In this document: piece by piece, positions 50,967-60,706 of the stretch
How positions within the stretch are numbered: the stretch's first letter is position 1
How the letters are laid out: each line of letters begins with the position of its first letter
Source: a bacterium Ga0077546
GTDB taxonomy: Bacteria; Cyanobacteriota; Vampirovibrionia; Obscuribacterales; Obscuribacteraceae
Length of the DNA stretch: 64,000 nt
Assembly (NCBI GenBank): GCA_943369735.1
Contig: CALROJ020000003.1
Coordinates: forward strand, 4,701 to 68,700
Direction of reading: 5' to 3'
Program-made: the position numbers and the translations under genes
Notes under the pieces: model-generated
Told to the model about the DNA's origin: nothing
What the model saw: only the letters and a program-made list of their open reading frames with translations
Databases searched by the model: none

Positions 50967-50994
50967 AATATACCACACGTGATTTGCCGGTCAA
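50967..50994 (-). promoter_or_regulatory. sigma70-like promoter for tRNA-Phe
   Basis: On the minus strand: TTGACC, a 16-nt spacer, then TATATT. It lies about 60 nt upstream of the tRNA 5' end. Confidence 0.5.
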
Positions 50995-51111
50995 ATGTCA
51001 GGCAGCCTATTGCGTCGAATCTTTGCGTAAGTTTTTTTTGCGCAAGTTTTGGTTAGCTTCTTTTGAGCTTCGCCCCCGGGTTTTCTGGGCGGCCATTTCA
51101 CTAATTGTTAA

Positions 51112-51852
51112 TTACTGAGTGGCGACGGGCGCTACTGCTCTGTTAAAGAAGGCAGCTATCCTGAAGCCATCGGCAGTTTTCTTGACGAGGAAGTCCATGG
51201 TCAGTTGCTGTCCGGCCGGTTGTTGGCCCGATTGCTGCATAACCAGTGTGCCGACTACGGTGACAACCACCGTGCCGTCAGGGTTTGTCGCTAATGGCGT
51301 AATTGAGACCGGCTGAAAGGAGCCTACAATCGTACCTGCGGCGATTCCTTGCTTTATATGATCGCCCCAGTAGAGTTGTTCGAAAGCATTGGCCGCATCG
51401 GGGAGCATCCAGGCTACCGCTTCTTTGTGGCTGGCCGCAGCGCTATCCATGCGATAGTCCATCGATTTAGTTATCCAGAAGTGGACGAAGTCTGAAGCTA
51501 GTTGCGGAGTGAGGCCGGCCTGGGCCGCTTGTTGACCGCCAGTGGCTTGTGCTTGGTTAGTCTGTGCATGGTTGTTCTGAGCTTGTCCGGCTTGCTGCCC
51601 AGCTTGTTGACCAGCCGGTTGGCCTTGACCCTCGCCGTCTTGACCACCTTGATCTGCTTGGCCTTGTTCACCAGGAATGGCTGGCTGGTCGGCAGAAGAA
51701 CGCCCAAGGCGCTTCGATTGAACTGATTCTTTCTTTTCGCTATGGTTGGCGCCGCTAAAGAAAATGCCGGCAATTCCAATGGCAATAAGTGCCATCAAGA
51801 TTTTGTCATGCATGACTTTTTGAATAAGTGCTCGGATAATGTCTTGAATCAT
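51112..51852 (-). CDS. hypothetical single-pass membrane protein with Gln/Gly-rich linker and NTF2-like-looking C-domain
   Basis: N-terminal TM helix (ILMALIAIGIAGIFF), a low-complexity GQGQPAGQQAGQQAGQ stretch, then a roughly 130-aa C-domain. The fold guess is weak. Confidence 0.5.
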   Translation of the reverse strand: MIQDIIRALIQKVMHDKILMALIAIGIAGIFFSGANHSEKKESVQSKRLGRSSADQPAIPGEQGQADQGGQDGEGQGQPAGQQAGQQAGQAQNNHAQTNQAQATGGQQAAQAGLTPQLASDFVHFWITKSMDYRMDSAAASHKEAVAWMLPDAANAFEQLYWGDHIKQGIAAGTIVGSFQPVSITPLATNPDGTVVVTVVGTLVMQQSGQQPAGQQLTMDFLVKKTADGFRIAAFFNRAVAPVATQ

Positions 51853-51962
51853 CTATTCTGCCGCGGTTTACTCACTCTATCAAACAGCGTACTGCTGAAA
51901 CAATCAACTGGCCACTAGTATTCTTCCCATTCTAAACATTCCAATTGGTTACATGTACAATG

Positions 51963-52019
51963 TTGCAAGCTTTAGACATAGGTGCAAGCATTAGAAATAG
52001 TTGCAAGCATTAGCCACAG
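51963..52019 (+). repeat. three exactly phased 19-nt tandem repeats ending 3 nt before the downstream ATG
   Basis: TTGCAAGCTTTAGACATAG / GTGCAAGCATTAGAAATAG / TTGCAAGCATTAGCCACAG. Confidence 0.85.
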
Positions 52020-52022
52020 GGA

Positions 52023-52538
52023 ATGTTCGAGATCTTGGAAGACAAGCGTTCACCAAAACCCACTCATAATCAAAGTGCCGAATCGGTTCGGCATGATATC
52101 TCCGCCGCTTCTGGTACTGATATGGGCAGCGCTGATAGTGATTCCGAAGAATCTGGCTTGTCAGGGGCAGCTGCTCATGACGACGGGCCCCGCGAAATTA
52201 TTCCGGGTTTTCTTGAGTTGCAGGCTGACGCCGAAGCCGAGGCTGCTAGCACGGCAAATTCTGAGAGCTTCTTGTCTGACGCCATATTGGCAAGCCAGGG
52301 CAAGGGCAATTATGTGGCTTACACAATTAAGTTGCCAGCCGATCAGTTGGCGGCCTTGCAGTCTATTTGGCTAGAGCTGAAGCGCCTATACGGTGCTCAT
52401 TCGCCTGATAAGAGCGGCATGATTCAGCAGGCAATCCAAGACTGGCTCAAGCGTTGGGACGGCCCCGATCGGCAAAAACTTTTGAACGAATTGCTCGAAA
52501 TCCGCCAAGATACCCGGCGCAGGCAATACAAGAAGTAA
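52023..52538 (+). CDS. hypothetical protein with acidic disordered N-terminus and possible ribbon-helix-helix C-domain
   Basis: VAYTIKLPADQLAALQSIWLELKR...SGMIQQAIQDWLKRW has a strand-helix-helix pattern. The N-terminal roughly 90 aa are Asp/Glu/Ser/Ala-rich. Confidence 0.4.
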   Translation: MFEILEDKRSPKPTHNQSAESVRHDISAASGTDMGSADSDSEESGLSGAAAHDDGPREIIPGFLELQADAEAEAASTANSESFLSDAILASQGKGNYVAYTIKLPADQLAALQSIWLELKRLYGAHSPDKSGMIQQAIQDWLKRWDGPDRQKLLNELLEIRQDTRRRQYKK

Positions 52539-52587
52539 CTCGATTACCTGTTTCTTCTATTCGTGCTCGTGCTGTTCGTTGCTCGTT

Positions 52588-53199
52588 CTATTCGTGCTTT
52601 AGATGTCTGTAAAGATACCAACCGAAGCCGCCAGCACATACCAACACAATCAACAGATCGAACTTGTGCCACAAGTCGCGGAAGGTTTCCATGTTGTCGC
52701 CGAACTTAATTCCCACCCAGGTGAGGAAGTAGCACCAGACCAGCGATCCAATGAAGGTATAGACAAGAAACTTAAGCAGTGGCGCTTTCAAAACACCAGC
52801 AGGGAACGAGATAAAGGTTCTGACAACTGGCAGCATGCGGCAGATGAAGAAAGTGATGTCACCGTATTTGGTCACCCACTTGTCCGCTAGCTCCATGTCT
52901 TTTTCGCGCAATAAGAAGTAGCGACCATATTTGGTTAAAAATGGTCTGCCGCCCCACATGCCGAGAAAATATGAAGGAACTGAACCAACTACGCAGCCAA
53001 CAGCTCCAGCAAGAGCTGCCAAGTGAATGTTCATCTTGCCTTCTTGCACAAGTAGACCAGCTGTTGGCATGATTGCTTCGCTCGGCAGTGGAATATTGGC
53101 CGATTCAATTGCCATCATAATCAGAACAGCCCAGTAGCCACCGGCTTCAACACCGTTCTTGATCATTTGCAGTATTGGGTCGAGAAATTGGTGAAGCAC
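52588..53199 (-). CDS. DedA-family membrane protein
   Basis: MMAIESANIPLPSEAIMPTAGLL, and FICRMLPVVRTFISFPAGV. Confidence 0.8.
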   Translation of the reverse strand: MLHQFLDPILQMIKNGVEAGGYWAVLIMMAIESANIPLPSEAIMPTAGLLVQEGKMNIHLAALAGAVGCVVGSVPSYFLGMWGGRPFLTKYGRYFLLREKDMELADKWVTKYGDITFFICRMLPVVRTFISFPAGVLKAPLLKFLVYTFIGSLVWCYFLTWVGIKFGDNMETFRDLWHKFDLLIVLVCAGGFGWYLYRHLKHE

Positions 53200-53398
53200 A
53201 GTATCTCCAGATTGTAATTCGGCCCTTGCCGAGTGACGATTTTACAGCGCTTTGTTCTATTTTCCGTTTAGCAAAGTCTTACCATGAGCTAAAGAAGGAT
53301 AATAAAAAGCTCGTGCCATGACGGTAAGATATCTGTCGCGTATCTGATACCCCCCTGGGTTTGTCGGCCGAAAAATCTCAGTTCTTTTTGGAAATAGC

Positions 53399-55867
53399 AT
53401 GTCACCAGTAATTACGACCTCATATTGCACTATCGCCACCGCCGGTCACGTTGACCATGGCAAGACTTCGCTGATTAAAGCTTTAACTGGTATCAACCCC
53501 GATCGCCTTAAAGAAGAACAAGAGCGGCAGATGACCACCGACCTTGGTTTTGCTCATTTGGATTTTGAGCCGAATAAAGACAATGTCAAGTTCGTTCTCG
53601 GATTTATCGATGTGCCTGGTCACGGTAAGTTTTTGAAAAACATGTTAGCTGGTGTGGGTGGAATCGAAACTGCGTTATTTGTAGTTGCCGCTGATGAAGG
53701 CCCTATGCCGCAGACCGTGCAGCACCTGAAGATTTTGAGTTTGCTCGGAGTGCGCTCGTGCATCGTTGCTCTCACTAAAATAGATTTGGTTGGCGACAAA
53801 GAAGTTGCTGCAGCTGCTAGCAAAGTAAAAGAACTACTTTTTCAGTATGGTGTTGAGCTGCTTGGTGTCTATCCTGTCTCGACCCAGAGCGGCAAAGGTA
53901 TCGATGAGCTGAAAGCCGGTCTCTATGAGCACTTAAATGCAGCGGGAGTTTTAGATTCGACTAGTTGCTCTGGCGACACTGTAGTTGATCTTGGCGCTAA
54001 TCACATTGCCAACAAGCAAGATGCCGAAACAATGCTGCAAATCGAAGCTGAAGCTAGAGTAGAAGCTGAGGCAAAATTAGTTTCTGCTGCTGCCATCGCC
54101 CGCTCTTTGTATATGCCTGTCGATAGAGCATTCACTAAGTCTGGTTTTGGTCTAGTTGTAACCGGAACTCTAGTCGAAGGTGTACTCAACAGTGGCGACC
54201 ACGTTGTCGTTGAACCAGGCGGAGTTAAAGCTCGCGTGCGCGGTATGGAGAGCTTCGGCAAAGCGATTGACAAAGCTTGCGCCGGACAAAGACTTGCTGT
54301 CAATCTAGCAGTCAAAGATGGTGGAGTGATTGCTCGCGGTCAGAGTCTTGCCGGTAGCGATAGAACCGTTGTGCATAATTTGATTGTGGAAGTTATCGAT
54401 CATGGTGGCTTAGAATTTTTCGGCGAGTCTGTCGAAGATATTAGTGGCGATGAAGATGATGCTTCTTCTTCTTCTTCTACCTCTGGTTCTTCGGGAGCCA
54501 AGAAGTCCCATGCCAGAGACGATAAGCATGTTGCTTTATCTCCTCAGCCAATCAAGCTTTATCATGGCACTGCTGAAGCCAAAGGCACTTTGCGCTGGTT
54601 GGAGAATGTGCAGGCTTTGTCTGCTGATGCTCAATCGGCAAGCTCAGGCATGCCAAAACAATTTGGCCAGATTTTTCTTGATGAGCCAATCGTTGCTCAG
54701 CCTGGCAATCGTTATGTCATTCGCTATGGCGATGATGGCATCGCAGGTGGTGCTATCTTGCTGGTCGATCGGCCCCGTTGGTTGACTCGGCAATTGGTGC
54801 ACGACATTAGTGCTGCTCTGATTGAAGGCACTGCTGAAAGTGAAAAGCGTGCATTTGTGCTGGCTGTAGCTGCTCACCCATTGAAAGCCGTTAAGCTGGC
54901 GCAGATGACTTGGTTTATGCCTGTCGAAAAGCTGAAGAATGCTTCAGTTTCTGCTCTGGCTGATGGGGCGTTAGTTTCTATCGCTGATTTGCTCATGGCT
55001 GTTTCTACTAGAGAACAGATTGGCGTGAAGATACTTGCTTTGTTGCAAACGCTAATGGCTAATGAAGATAATTCTCGCTTTGGTGTCAGCATTGAAACCA
55101 TGCGCAAAAAGACTTTCAATACACTGACTCGGCCGGTGATGCAAGCCATTGTGGCCGACCTGGCACAAAAGGGGCTACTGGCGAGGGAGGGCGATCGCAT
55201 ATTCACCATTGCTGGATATGACGTTTACGAAAACGGTGTTGACATGGGTTCTGGCAGTGAGAGTGATGGCTTTAGTGAAGATATTGCCAATTCTGCACCC
55301 ATTCTCAATGCTGCTGGCCGTGCCATGGCTGCGGCTTATTCGTCGCTGGTCACACCGGCCAGCCTTAATGACGAGATTCTAGATGACGAAGCTCACGCTG
55401 GCTCAGCTTCTGCGGCGGCTGCTGCTACCGAAAGCTCTGCTACCATTGTTGCTACTGGCTCCTCCGCTGCCTCTGGCTCCTCCGATGCGGCATTCGCCCA
55501 AACCAATCGCCTGCGCGATCAAATCATGGCTTTGCTCAATCAGCATCCCTGCCTAGAGATAGAAGAAGTAGCGCGTCACGTCAAACTAGATGTGAAAAAA
55601 CTGCATCTGACTTTAGATGGCATGGTGAAGAACAAACAAGTCGTCATCGTCGATCATGATTTCGTTGCTACTGCTGGCAAAATTAGAGCTGCTCACTTGG
55701 TGCTGCATAAATTGTGGACAAGCAAGAAAGACATTTCGCCTTCTGATTTCAGAGAAGGTCTCAGCACTACTCGCAAATATGCCATGGCCCTGCTATCGCA
55801 CTTTGACGAAAAAGGCGTAACCAAGCGCATTAGCGGTGGACGCGCACTGTTGAGAATGCCTGAATAG
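53399..55867 (+). CDS. selB: selenocysteine-specific translation elongation factor
   Basis: [33 protein letters not shown] and ALTKIDL form the G domain. [18 protein letters not shown] is domain II. The C-terminal winged helix [28 protein letters not shown] parallels E. coli SelB. 822 aa because of three insertions. Confidence 0.9.
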   Translation: MSPVITTSYCTIATAGHVDHGKTSLIKALTGINPDRLKEEQERQMTTDLGFAHLDFEPNKDNVKFVLGFIDVPGHGKFLKNMLAGVGGIETALFVVAADEGPMPQTVQHLKILSLLGVRSCIVALTKIDLVGDKEVAAAASKVKELLFQYGVELLGVYPVSTQSGKGIDELKAGLYEHLNAAGVLDSTSCSGDTVVDLGANHIANKQDAETMLQIEAEARVEAEAKLVSAAAIARSLYMPVDRAFTKSGFGLVVTGTLVEGVLNSGDHVVVEPGGVKARVRGMESFGKAIDKACAGQRLAVNLAVKDGGVIARGQSLAGSDRTVVHNLIVEVIDHGGLEFFGESVEDISGDEDDASSSSSTSGSSGAKKSHARDDKHVALSPQPIKLYHGTAEAKGTLRWLENVQALSADAQSASSGMPKQFGQIFLDEPIVAQPGNRYVIRYGDDGIAGGAILLVDRPRWLTRQLVHDISAALIEGTAESEKRAFVLAVAAHPLKAVKLAQMTWFMPVEKLKNASVSALADGALVSIADLLMAVSTREQIGVKILALLQTLMANEDNSRFGVSIETMRKKTFNTLTRPVMQAIVADLAQKGLLAREGDRIFTIAGYDVYENGVDMGSGSESDGFSEDIANSAPILNAAGRAMAAAYSSLVTPASLNDEILDDEAHAGSASAAAAATESSATIVATGSSAASGSSDAAFAQTNRLRDQIMALLNQHPCLEIEEVARHVKLDVKKLHLTLDGMVKNKQVVIVDHDFVATAGKIRAAHLVLHKLWTSKKDISPSDFREGLSTTRKYAMALLSHFDEKGVTKRISGGRALLRMPE

Positions 55868-55900
55868 ACGGCAATCAAATTCGACCCGAATTAGACTGAG

Positions 55901-57379
55901 CTATTTTTCAAAGCGAGCGGATGAGAGTACTGACTTGCCGCCTTTGAGTACTTTTTCAAGTTCATTGGCGATAAATTGTGAGCTGTCGATGCCGCTTCCG
56001 CCTACGCCGCGTATGCCGAAGATCTGAGGCACCTCTTTGTGTTGAGCGATGATTGGCATGCCGTCTTTGCTTTCTTCTAATAGGCCAGTCCATTTATGTA
56101 GCATTTTGCTGCCAGGGAAGAGTGTCTGCAATTGCTCTGTCAGTTCGGCTGTTGTTTTAGTGGCAGCTGCCTCAGGCAGCATTTTGTCAGCACCGCCAAA
56201 TAGCATCAATTGCTTGTTTTCGGCGTTTGGTACGACTAAGGCGTCAGCTGGCTTTCTGAAGTAGTTATAGGCGCCCTCTGTGCCTCTGTTGCGAATAACA
56301 CCAGCGGCGTTGCGCACTGCACCATCAGTATCGAAGGCATTACCTAATAGTTTGACCACACCTTTGGTCTCGGCAATGCCAGCAAAGCACTGAGCGCCTT
56401 CAACGCAATGATCTAAGTTTCTGAACAAGTTGCCGCCGGTGCCAGTGGCGAAGACCACGCGGTTAGCTTCGATACGGCCACCATCGGCTGTGAGGGCAGT
56501 GATTGGTCCGCCAGGTTTTCCTACCTGCAAACCAACAATAGATGTATTTTCAAAGACTGGATGTTTGGCCTCAGCGCCCATTTGTTTGGCGTACTTGAGA
56601 GGGTTTAATTGACCTTCACCGCGGAATGTCATCACCGCTTCGGCTGGTTCAAATATTGCTTTTGCCTTAGCGCCAGTAACTATTCTTATGCCGTTATCGT
56701 AGCGTGCCACAGCTTGGTGTTCAGCACGCATCCAGTCATCCACGGCATCGAGGTTGTAGCTCAATTGATGTGAGTCTGATGGTTTGAAATCGACTTTGCC
56801 GCCAAATCTAGTGGCGCGTTCCATCACTGCTTTGTGAGCGTTGACCATGCCCTTGGCGTATTGGCCCAAAACTTTTTCGCCGTAGGCCTCGCCCAATTCA
56901 ACAAATGAGGGGTCGCCAGCACGGGTAATCATGCCACCGGCATATTGGCTGGTAGCCTCACCAATTCGTCCGCTATCAACGAGAATTGTCTTGATGCCGC
57001 TAGCGGCCAGTTTGTCTGCCACGGCTAGACCGGTGAAACCGCCGCCAATGACGAGAGTATCGGTTTTCTGGGTGGCATGTAGTTGGGGGAAATCAGCTAG
57101 ATTAGGTTTGGCGTAAGGAGTGAGGCCGGTGGCTTCGAATTTTCTGGCCTTGATGATTTCAGGGTCAATAGAAGTATGAACTTCAATCATGCCGTTCTTG
57201 GGGCCAACATGGGCAGCGGCTTTGAGTTCGGGAGAGAGCACCGCTTTAGCAGTAGCTTCAATCTTTGCTCCGGCGACACTGAGTAAATTTAGGCCTTCTG
57301 CTGTTGCCTTTGGAGCGATTTGCTCACCTAGTTCTACAGCTATTTTTCCAGCTATTTTTGCTTCGCCTAAATTTGCCAT
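55901..57379 (-). CDS. FAD-dependent oxidoreductase (DAO family) with about 100-aa N-terminal extension
   Basis: TLVIGGGFTGLAVADKLAASG is a dinucleotide-binding motif. The overall DAO-like layout follows an Ala/Lys/Glu-rich N-terminal extension. Confidence 0.7.
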   Translation of the reverse strand: MANLGEAKIAGKIAVELGEQIAPKATAEGLNLLSVAGAKIEATAKAVLSPELKAAAHVGPKNGMIEVHTSIDPEIIKARKFEATGLTPYAKPNLADFPQLHATQKTDTLVIGGGFTGLAVADKLAASGIKTILVDSGRIGEATSQYAGGMITRAGDPSFVELGEAYGEKVLGQYAKGMVNAHKAVMERATRFGGKVDFKPSDSHQLSYNLDAVDDWMRAEHQAVARYDNGIRIVTGAKAKAIFEPAEAVMTFRGEGQLNPLKYAKQMGAEAKHPVFENTSIVGLQVGKPGGPITALTADGGRIEANRVVFATGTGGNLFRNLDHCVEGAQCFAGIAETKGVVKLLGNAFDTDGAVRNAAGVIRNRGTEGAYNYFRKPADALVVPNAENKQLMLFGGADKMLPEAAATKTTAELTEQLQTLFPGSKMLHKWTGLLEESKDGMPIIAQHKEVPQIFGIRGVGGSGIDSSQFIANELEKVLKGGKSVLSSARFEK

Positions 57380-57621
57380 GTCTTTCGTTCTTCCGCAATT
57401 TGGGGGTGGATAGAGTTGGTTGGTGTGAGTGGCGCGATTGGGGTGATTGAACTTGACCGGGGTTTCAGTGGGAATGTCCCCACTCTATTCGTCAAGATTG
57501 GCAAACTATGGGCCTGCCTTGCGGGAAATACGTGTCTGGGTGGACTAAACCGAATGAAATTGAACGAACTTACATGTCGCGAGTCTTGACTCTCGGCCCT
57601 TGATGCTCCACTCTTTCTCTA

Positions 57622-58074
57622 ATGAATAGTCCACTTCTCTATCTCGAAGATCTAGTTGTCGGTCAGCGCTTCGTCAGCGGCACCTATAAGGTAGAAGCAG
57701 CCGAGATTAAAGAATTTGCGGCAAAGTATGATCCGCAGTCTTTCCATCTTGATGAAGAGGCGGCCGTGGACACTTTCTTTGGTGGGCTTGCTGCTAGCGG
57801 TTGGCTGACCGCATCTATTACTATGCGTTTGCTTGTTGACGGTGGTCTGCCGGTGGGCGGCGGTTTGGTGGGAGCTGGTGGGGAAATTAGTTGGACCCGG
57901 CCAGTAAGGCCCGGTGACATACTGCAGGTTGCTAGTGAAGTATTAGAGATTTCGCCCTTGAGCCCGAGGCCAGGCCGCGGCATTGTCACTGTGCGCAGCA
58001 AAGTCACCAATCAAGAAGATAAACAGGTGCAGGTTTTTACTTTCAAGCTTTTAGCGGCACATCGGCCTGGTTGA
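57622..58074 (+). CDS. MaoC-like (R)-specific enoyl-CoA hydratase hot-dog protein
   Basis: FAAKYDPQSFHLDEEAA..FGGLAASGW is the MaoC dehydratase motif. Confidence 0.8.
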   Translation: MNSPLLYLEDLVVGQRFVSGTYKVEAAEIKEFAAKYDPQSFHLDEEAAVDTFFGGLAASGWLTASITMRLLVDGGLPVGGGLVGAGGEISWTRPVRPGDILQVASEVLEISPLSPRPGRGIVTVRSKVTNQEDKQVQVFTFKLLAAHRPG

Positions 58075-58083
58075 AAAATTTGA

Positions 58084-60693
58084 CTATGAATCAACAGCCA
58101 CAACAATGTGGTCGCTGGCTTGGCCCTTGCTGCCGTCTTTGAAGACTGGCCAGAGCCGCAGTTGATAGATTCCGAGGGCGGAGAAATCTTCACGCTTAAG
58201 GGTGATTGTGCCGCTCTTACCACTAAACTCAGTTTTGAACTTAGTATTTGTTTGGGCTACCCGGCTTGGAGTTGTACAGTTTTGCTCTTCGAACAGTAGA
58301 TTGGGCCGGGTAATTTCCATCCACACCCCAACCGGGTCACCTTTGATTTGGCTAATATCAAAGCTAATGTCGTCTTGTTTTTTCTCTTGAGATAGATGCA
58401 GGAAGCCTTTGCTGCCTAGATAACCGGAATTAGCGAAACTAAGACTTGGCACCAGGCTGGCGGCTGGCGCCACAGTAATTTCTTCAATAATGCAATTGCT
58501 ATCGTGGGGGAAGCGCAAAGTCAGTCCGTGGGATTTGCCACCGAGTGACCATTCAGGCAAACTGCGCAACGGGAATACCAGTGTAGCTTCGCCCACGGTC
58601 GTTGGCATAGGTGTCGGTGTGCGGCGCTTGATGTCGAACTGTGGCACTAAGTCGTTTGTATATAAAAGGTCGGCGCCTTCTTTTGCTGAGGCTGATTTAA
58701 AGGCATCGCTGACGGCTTGCTGCTTCAGTTTGACAGTGACGAACTCTAAGGCGTAGGCATTGATTGGGCCTGGGTCAAAGCGTATCTCTGGTCGACCTAA
58801 TTTGCCGCTGCCACCGGTGGCGCTCAGGGTTCCATCAGGAAGAAATTCAAATTTAGTGTTTTCGCTTTGAACGGGCTTGAGCACCGTCTGTAGTGCCCCG
58901 GCTCTAAATACTTTTGCTTCCTTAACTGGATACTCTTTAATATCGTTCAGTTCCATTTTTTCGAAGTGACCAGTGCTATTGGCCGCTTCTGGACACCAGC
59001 GGTAGACCAATACTTTGTCGCGGTCTTTGTATAGTGACTCTTTCATATAGCCGAAGGGCAGAATCGGCTCAAACTTATCAACCATGATGGCATTGACTGC
59101 ATCGCGCTCAAGCTGCGGCGTGCGCGTCATTCCCACAAGGGCATTGCGACAGATATAGGCGCCGTGTATTTGATCCGGCAGACCTACAAAAAGAATCTGG
59201 GGGTCGCCTTTCACTTCTTTGTAGAGCTTGGATAGTCCTGCTCTAATTGAATTGGCTTCAACCCCAGCATCAACCCAAGCTTGGTTATTGAGATGCAGAA
59301 CATAGAACGAGAGAGCGACGAAACCGACTCCTAGCAGTGAGCGCGACCAAAGCTGTTTGCGGGCAACAATACCGCGGCTGACTACAACTACTGCTAAAGC
59401 AATTAAGAATGCTAGGGGAACAGTGGCTACGTAAGCCAATCTACTGCCTTGCAAGTCGTCGGCAATGGCGAAAATTTTATAGACCGGAGCCAAGGAGAGC
59501 GCGAGCCAACCGCAGAGAAACAAGAACAAGCGTCCAAGTGCGGGAGTTAAAACGAGATTGACTAGAGTACCGAGGCCGATTAAACCAAGATAGAAATCCC
59601 ATAGTCTGGTTGGTATGGCGCGGGCGCTGATTAGCTCGTGATTGAGGGGCTCAAAGAAGAGTCTCAGACCGTTTAGCCAGGTTTTGATAAAGGCTTTGTA
59701 GTTAGCAATGAAGAAGAGTGAATCGTCGTAGCCGCCGACGAATGTGCCGAGAGCCAGGCGGCGCACGATGAAATAGACAACAATCAGACCCCAGTACATG
59801 GCTGTATTTTTGATGGCACGCAACAAGTATGACTTGCTCAGGAGTCCCTCTAAAATCGAGCGAGGACGCTCACCGGGTGCGGCATAGAGCAGCTCTATCA
59901 AAACAAAAATAGCAGGCAAAGTAATGGCCATTTCTTTAGAGAGCAGGGCCAATACCATCAATATAAATGAGAAAGTGAGAGAGGCTTTTTTGCTGGCGAA
60001 CCAGCTGGTGTTTTCGCCCCCGGTCTTGCGCGCCCTTAAATAGAACCAGAAAGAGCCGGTAATGAAGGCGGTAACAACGGCATCAACACGGCCTGTGATC
60101 CAAGAAACTGTTTCGGTGTGCAGGGGATAGAGACCGAACACTGCTGCTGAAAAAAATGGCCATATATATAAGATGGAAATTGGCAGAGCTTTGTAAGTCT
60201 TGCGCGAGAGTTCTTCTTGTATTTTTGCTTTTTCTTCAATTAGTGTCAGTGCCGCTAGTTCGCGGGCAATCAAAAATATGAAAGCGGTGCTGGCTAAGTG
60301 AAAGAGCAAATTGGTGAGGTGAAAACCAATGGCGCTATGGTTCCAGAGAACATAGTCAGAGACCATGAATACAGAGATAAGTGGTCGATAGAACTTAGTG
60401 GTGGTGCCGTCGAGCCAAGACGTGTGAAAGTTACGCCAAACCAACTCTGGATGCTGTACTGCTTCCTTCAGCCAAATCAGGTGCACATAGTCGTCACCAG
60501 CAAAGAAATCGAAGAGAATTGGCATATAGCCAACGAAGGTGAGCACCAAAGCTAGTGCCATCAAAGCCATCAAAATAATGCTGGATTTTTTCGAGAAGTC
60601 AGCGGGGGCGGGCTTGACAGCCGCCGTCATAACAGAACTACCGGAGGCCGAGGCTTCCGGTAGTTTGGCATTTTCGCTTGTTTCTTCGTTCAA
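58084..60693 (-). CDS. GT-C fold membrane glycosyltransferase (ArnT/PMT/TMTC-like) with large C-terminal beta-rich domain
   Basis: The N-terminal loop FAGDDYVHL...FYRPLISV...GFHLTNLLFHL resembles the PMT_2/DUF1736-type first periplasmic loop. About 12 TM segments, then about 330 aa of soluble tail. 13 nt downstream of the DegT gene. Confidence 0.55.
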   Translation of the reverse strand: MNEETSENAKLPEASASGSSVMTAAVKPAPADFSKKSSIILMALMALALVLTFVGYMPILFDFFAGDDYVHLIWLKEAVQHPELVWRNFHTSWLDGTTTKFYRPLISVFMVSDYVLWNHSAIGFHLTNLLFHLASTAFIFLIARELAALTLIEEKAKIQEELSRKTYKALPISILYIWPFFSAAVFGLYPLHTETVSWITGRVDAVVTAFITGSFWFYLRARKTGGENTSWFASKKASLTFSFILMVLALLSKEMAITLPAIFVLIELLYAAPGERPRSILEGLLSKSYLLRAIKNTAMYWGLIVVYFIVRRLALGTFVGGYDDSLFFIANYKAFIKTWLNGLRLFFEPLNHELISARAIPTRLWDFYLGLIGLGTLVNLVLTPALGRLFLFLCGWLALSLAPVYKIFAIADDLQGSRLAYVATVPLAFLIALAVVVVSRGIVARKQLWSRSLLGVGFVALSFYVLHLNNQAWVDAGVEANSIRAGLSKLYKEVKGDPQILFVGLPDQIHGAYICRNALVGMTRTPQLERDAVNAIMVDKFEPILPFGYMKESLYKDRDKVLVYRWCPEAANSTGHFEKMELNDIKEYPVKEAKVFRAGALQTVLKPVQSENTKFEFLPDGTLSATGGSGKLGRPEIRFDPGPINAYALEFVTVKLKQQAVSDAFKSASAKEGADLLYTNDLVPQFDIKRRTPTPMPTTVGEATLVFPLRSLPEWSLGGKSHGLTLRFPHDSNCIIEEITVAPAASLVPSLSFANSGYLGSKGFLHLSQEKKQDDISFDISQIKGDPVGVWMEITRPNLLFEEQNCTTPSRVAQTNTKFKTEFSGKSGTITLKREDFSALGIYQLRLWPVFKDGSKGQASDHIVVAVDS

Positions 60694-60706
60694 CTGTGGC
60701 CTTAGG

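Noticed and set aside
50700-51111. A genomic island or integrase at the tRNA-Phe locus.
   Set aside because: No integrase, recombinase or direct repeat of the tRNA 3' end is visible on either side. The flanking genes look like ordinary envelope or secreted proteins.
53200-53398. tRNA-Sec (selC), selA or a SECIS-bearing selenoprotein gene next to selB. I also checked 55868-55900.
   Set aside because: I found no roughly 95-nt cloverleaf with a UCA anticodon or T-loop-like GGTTCGA motif in the flanking spacers. Neighbouring ORFs are not interrupted by in-frame TGA.
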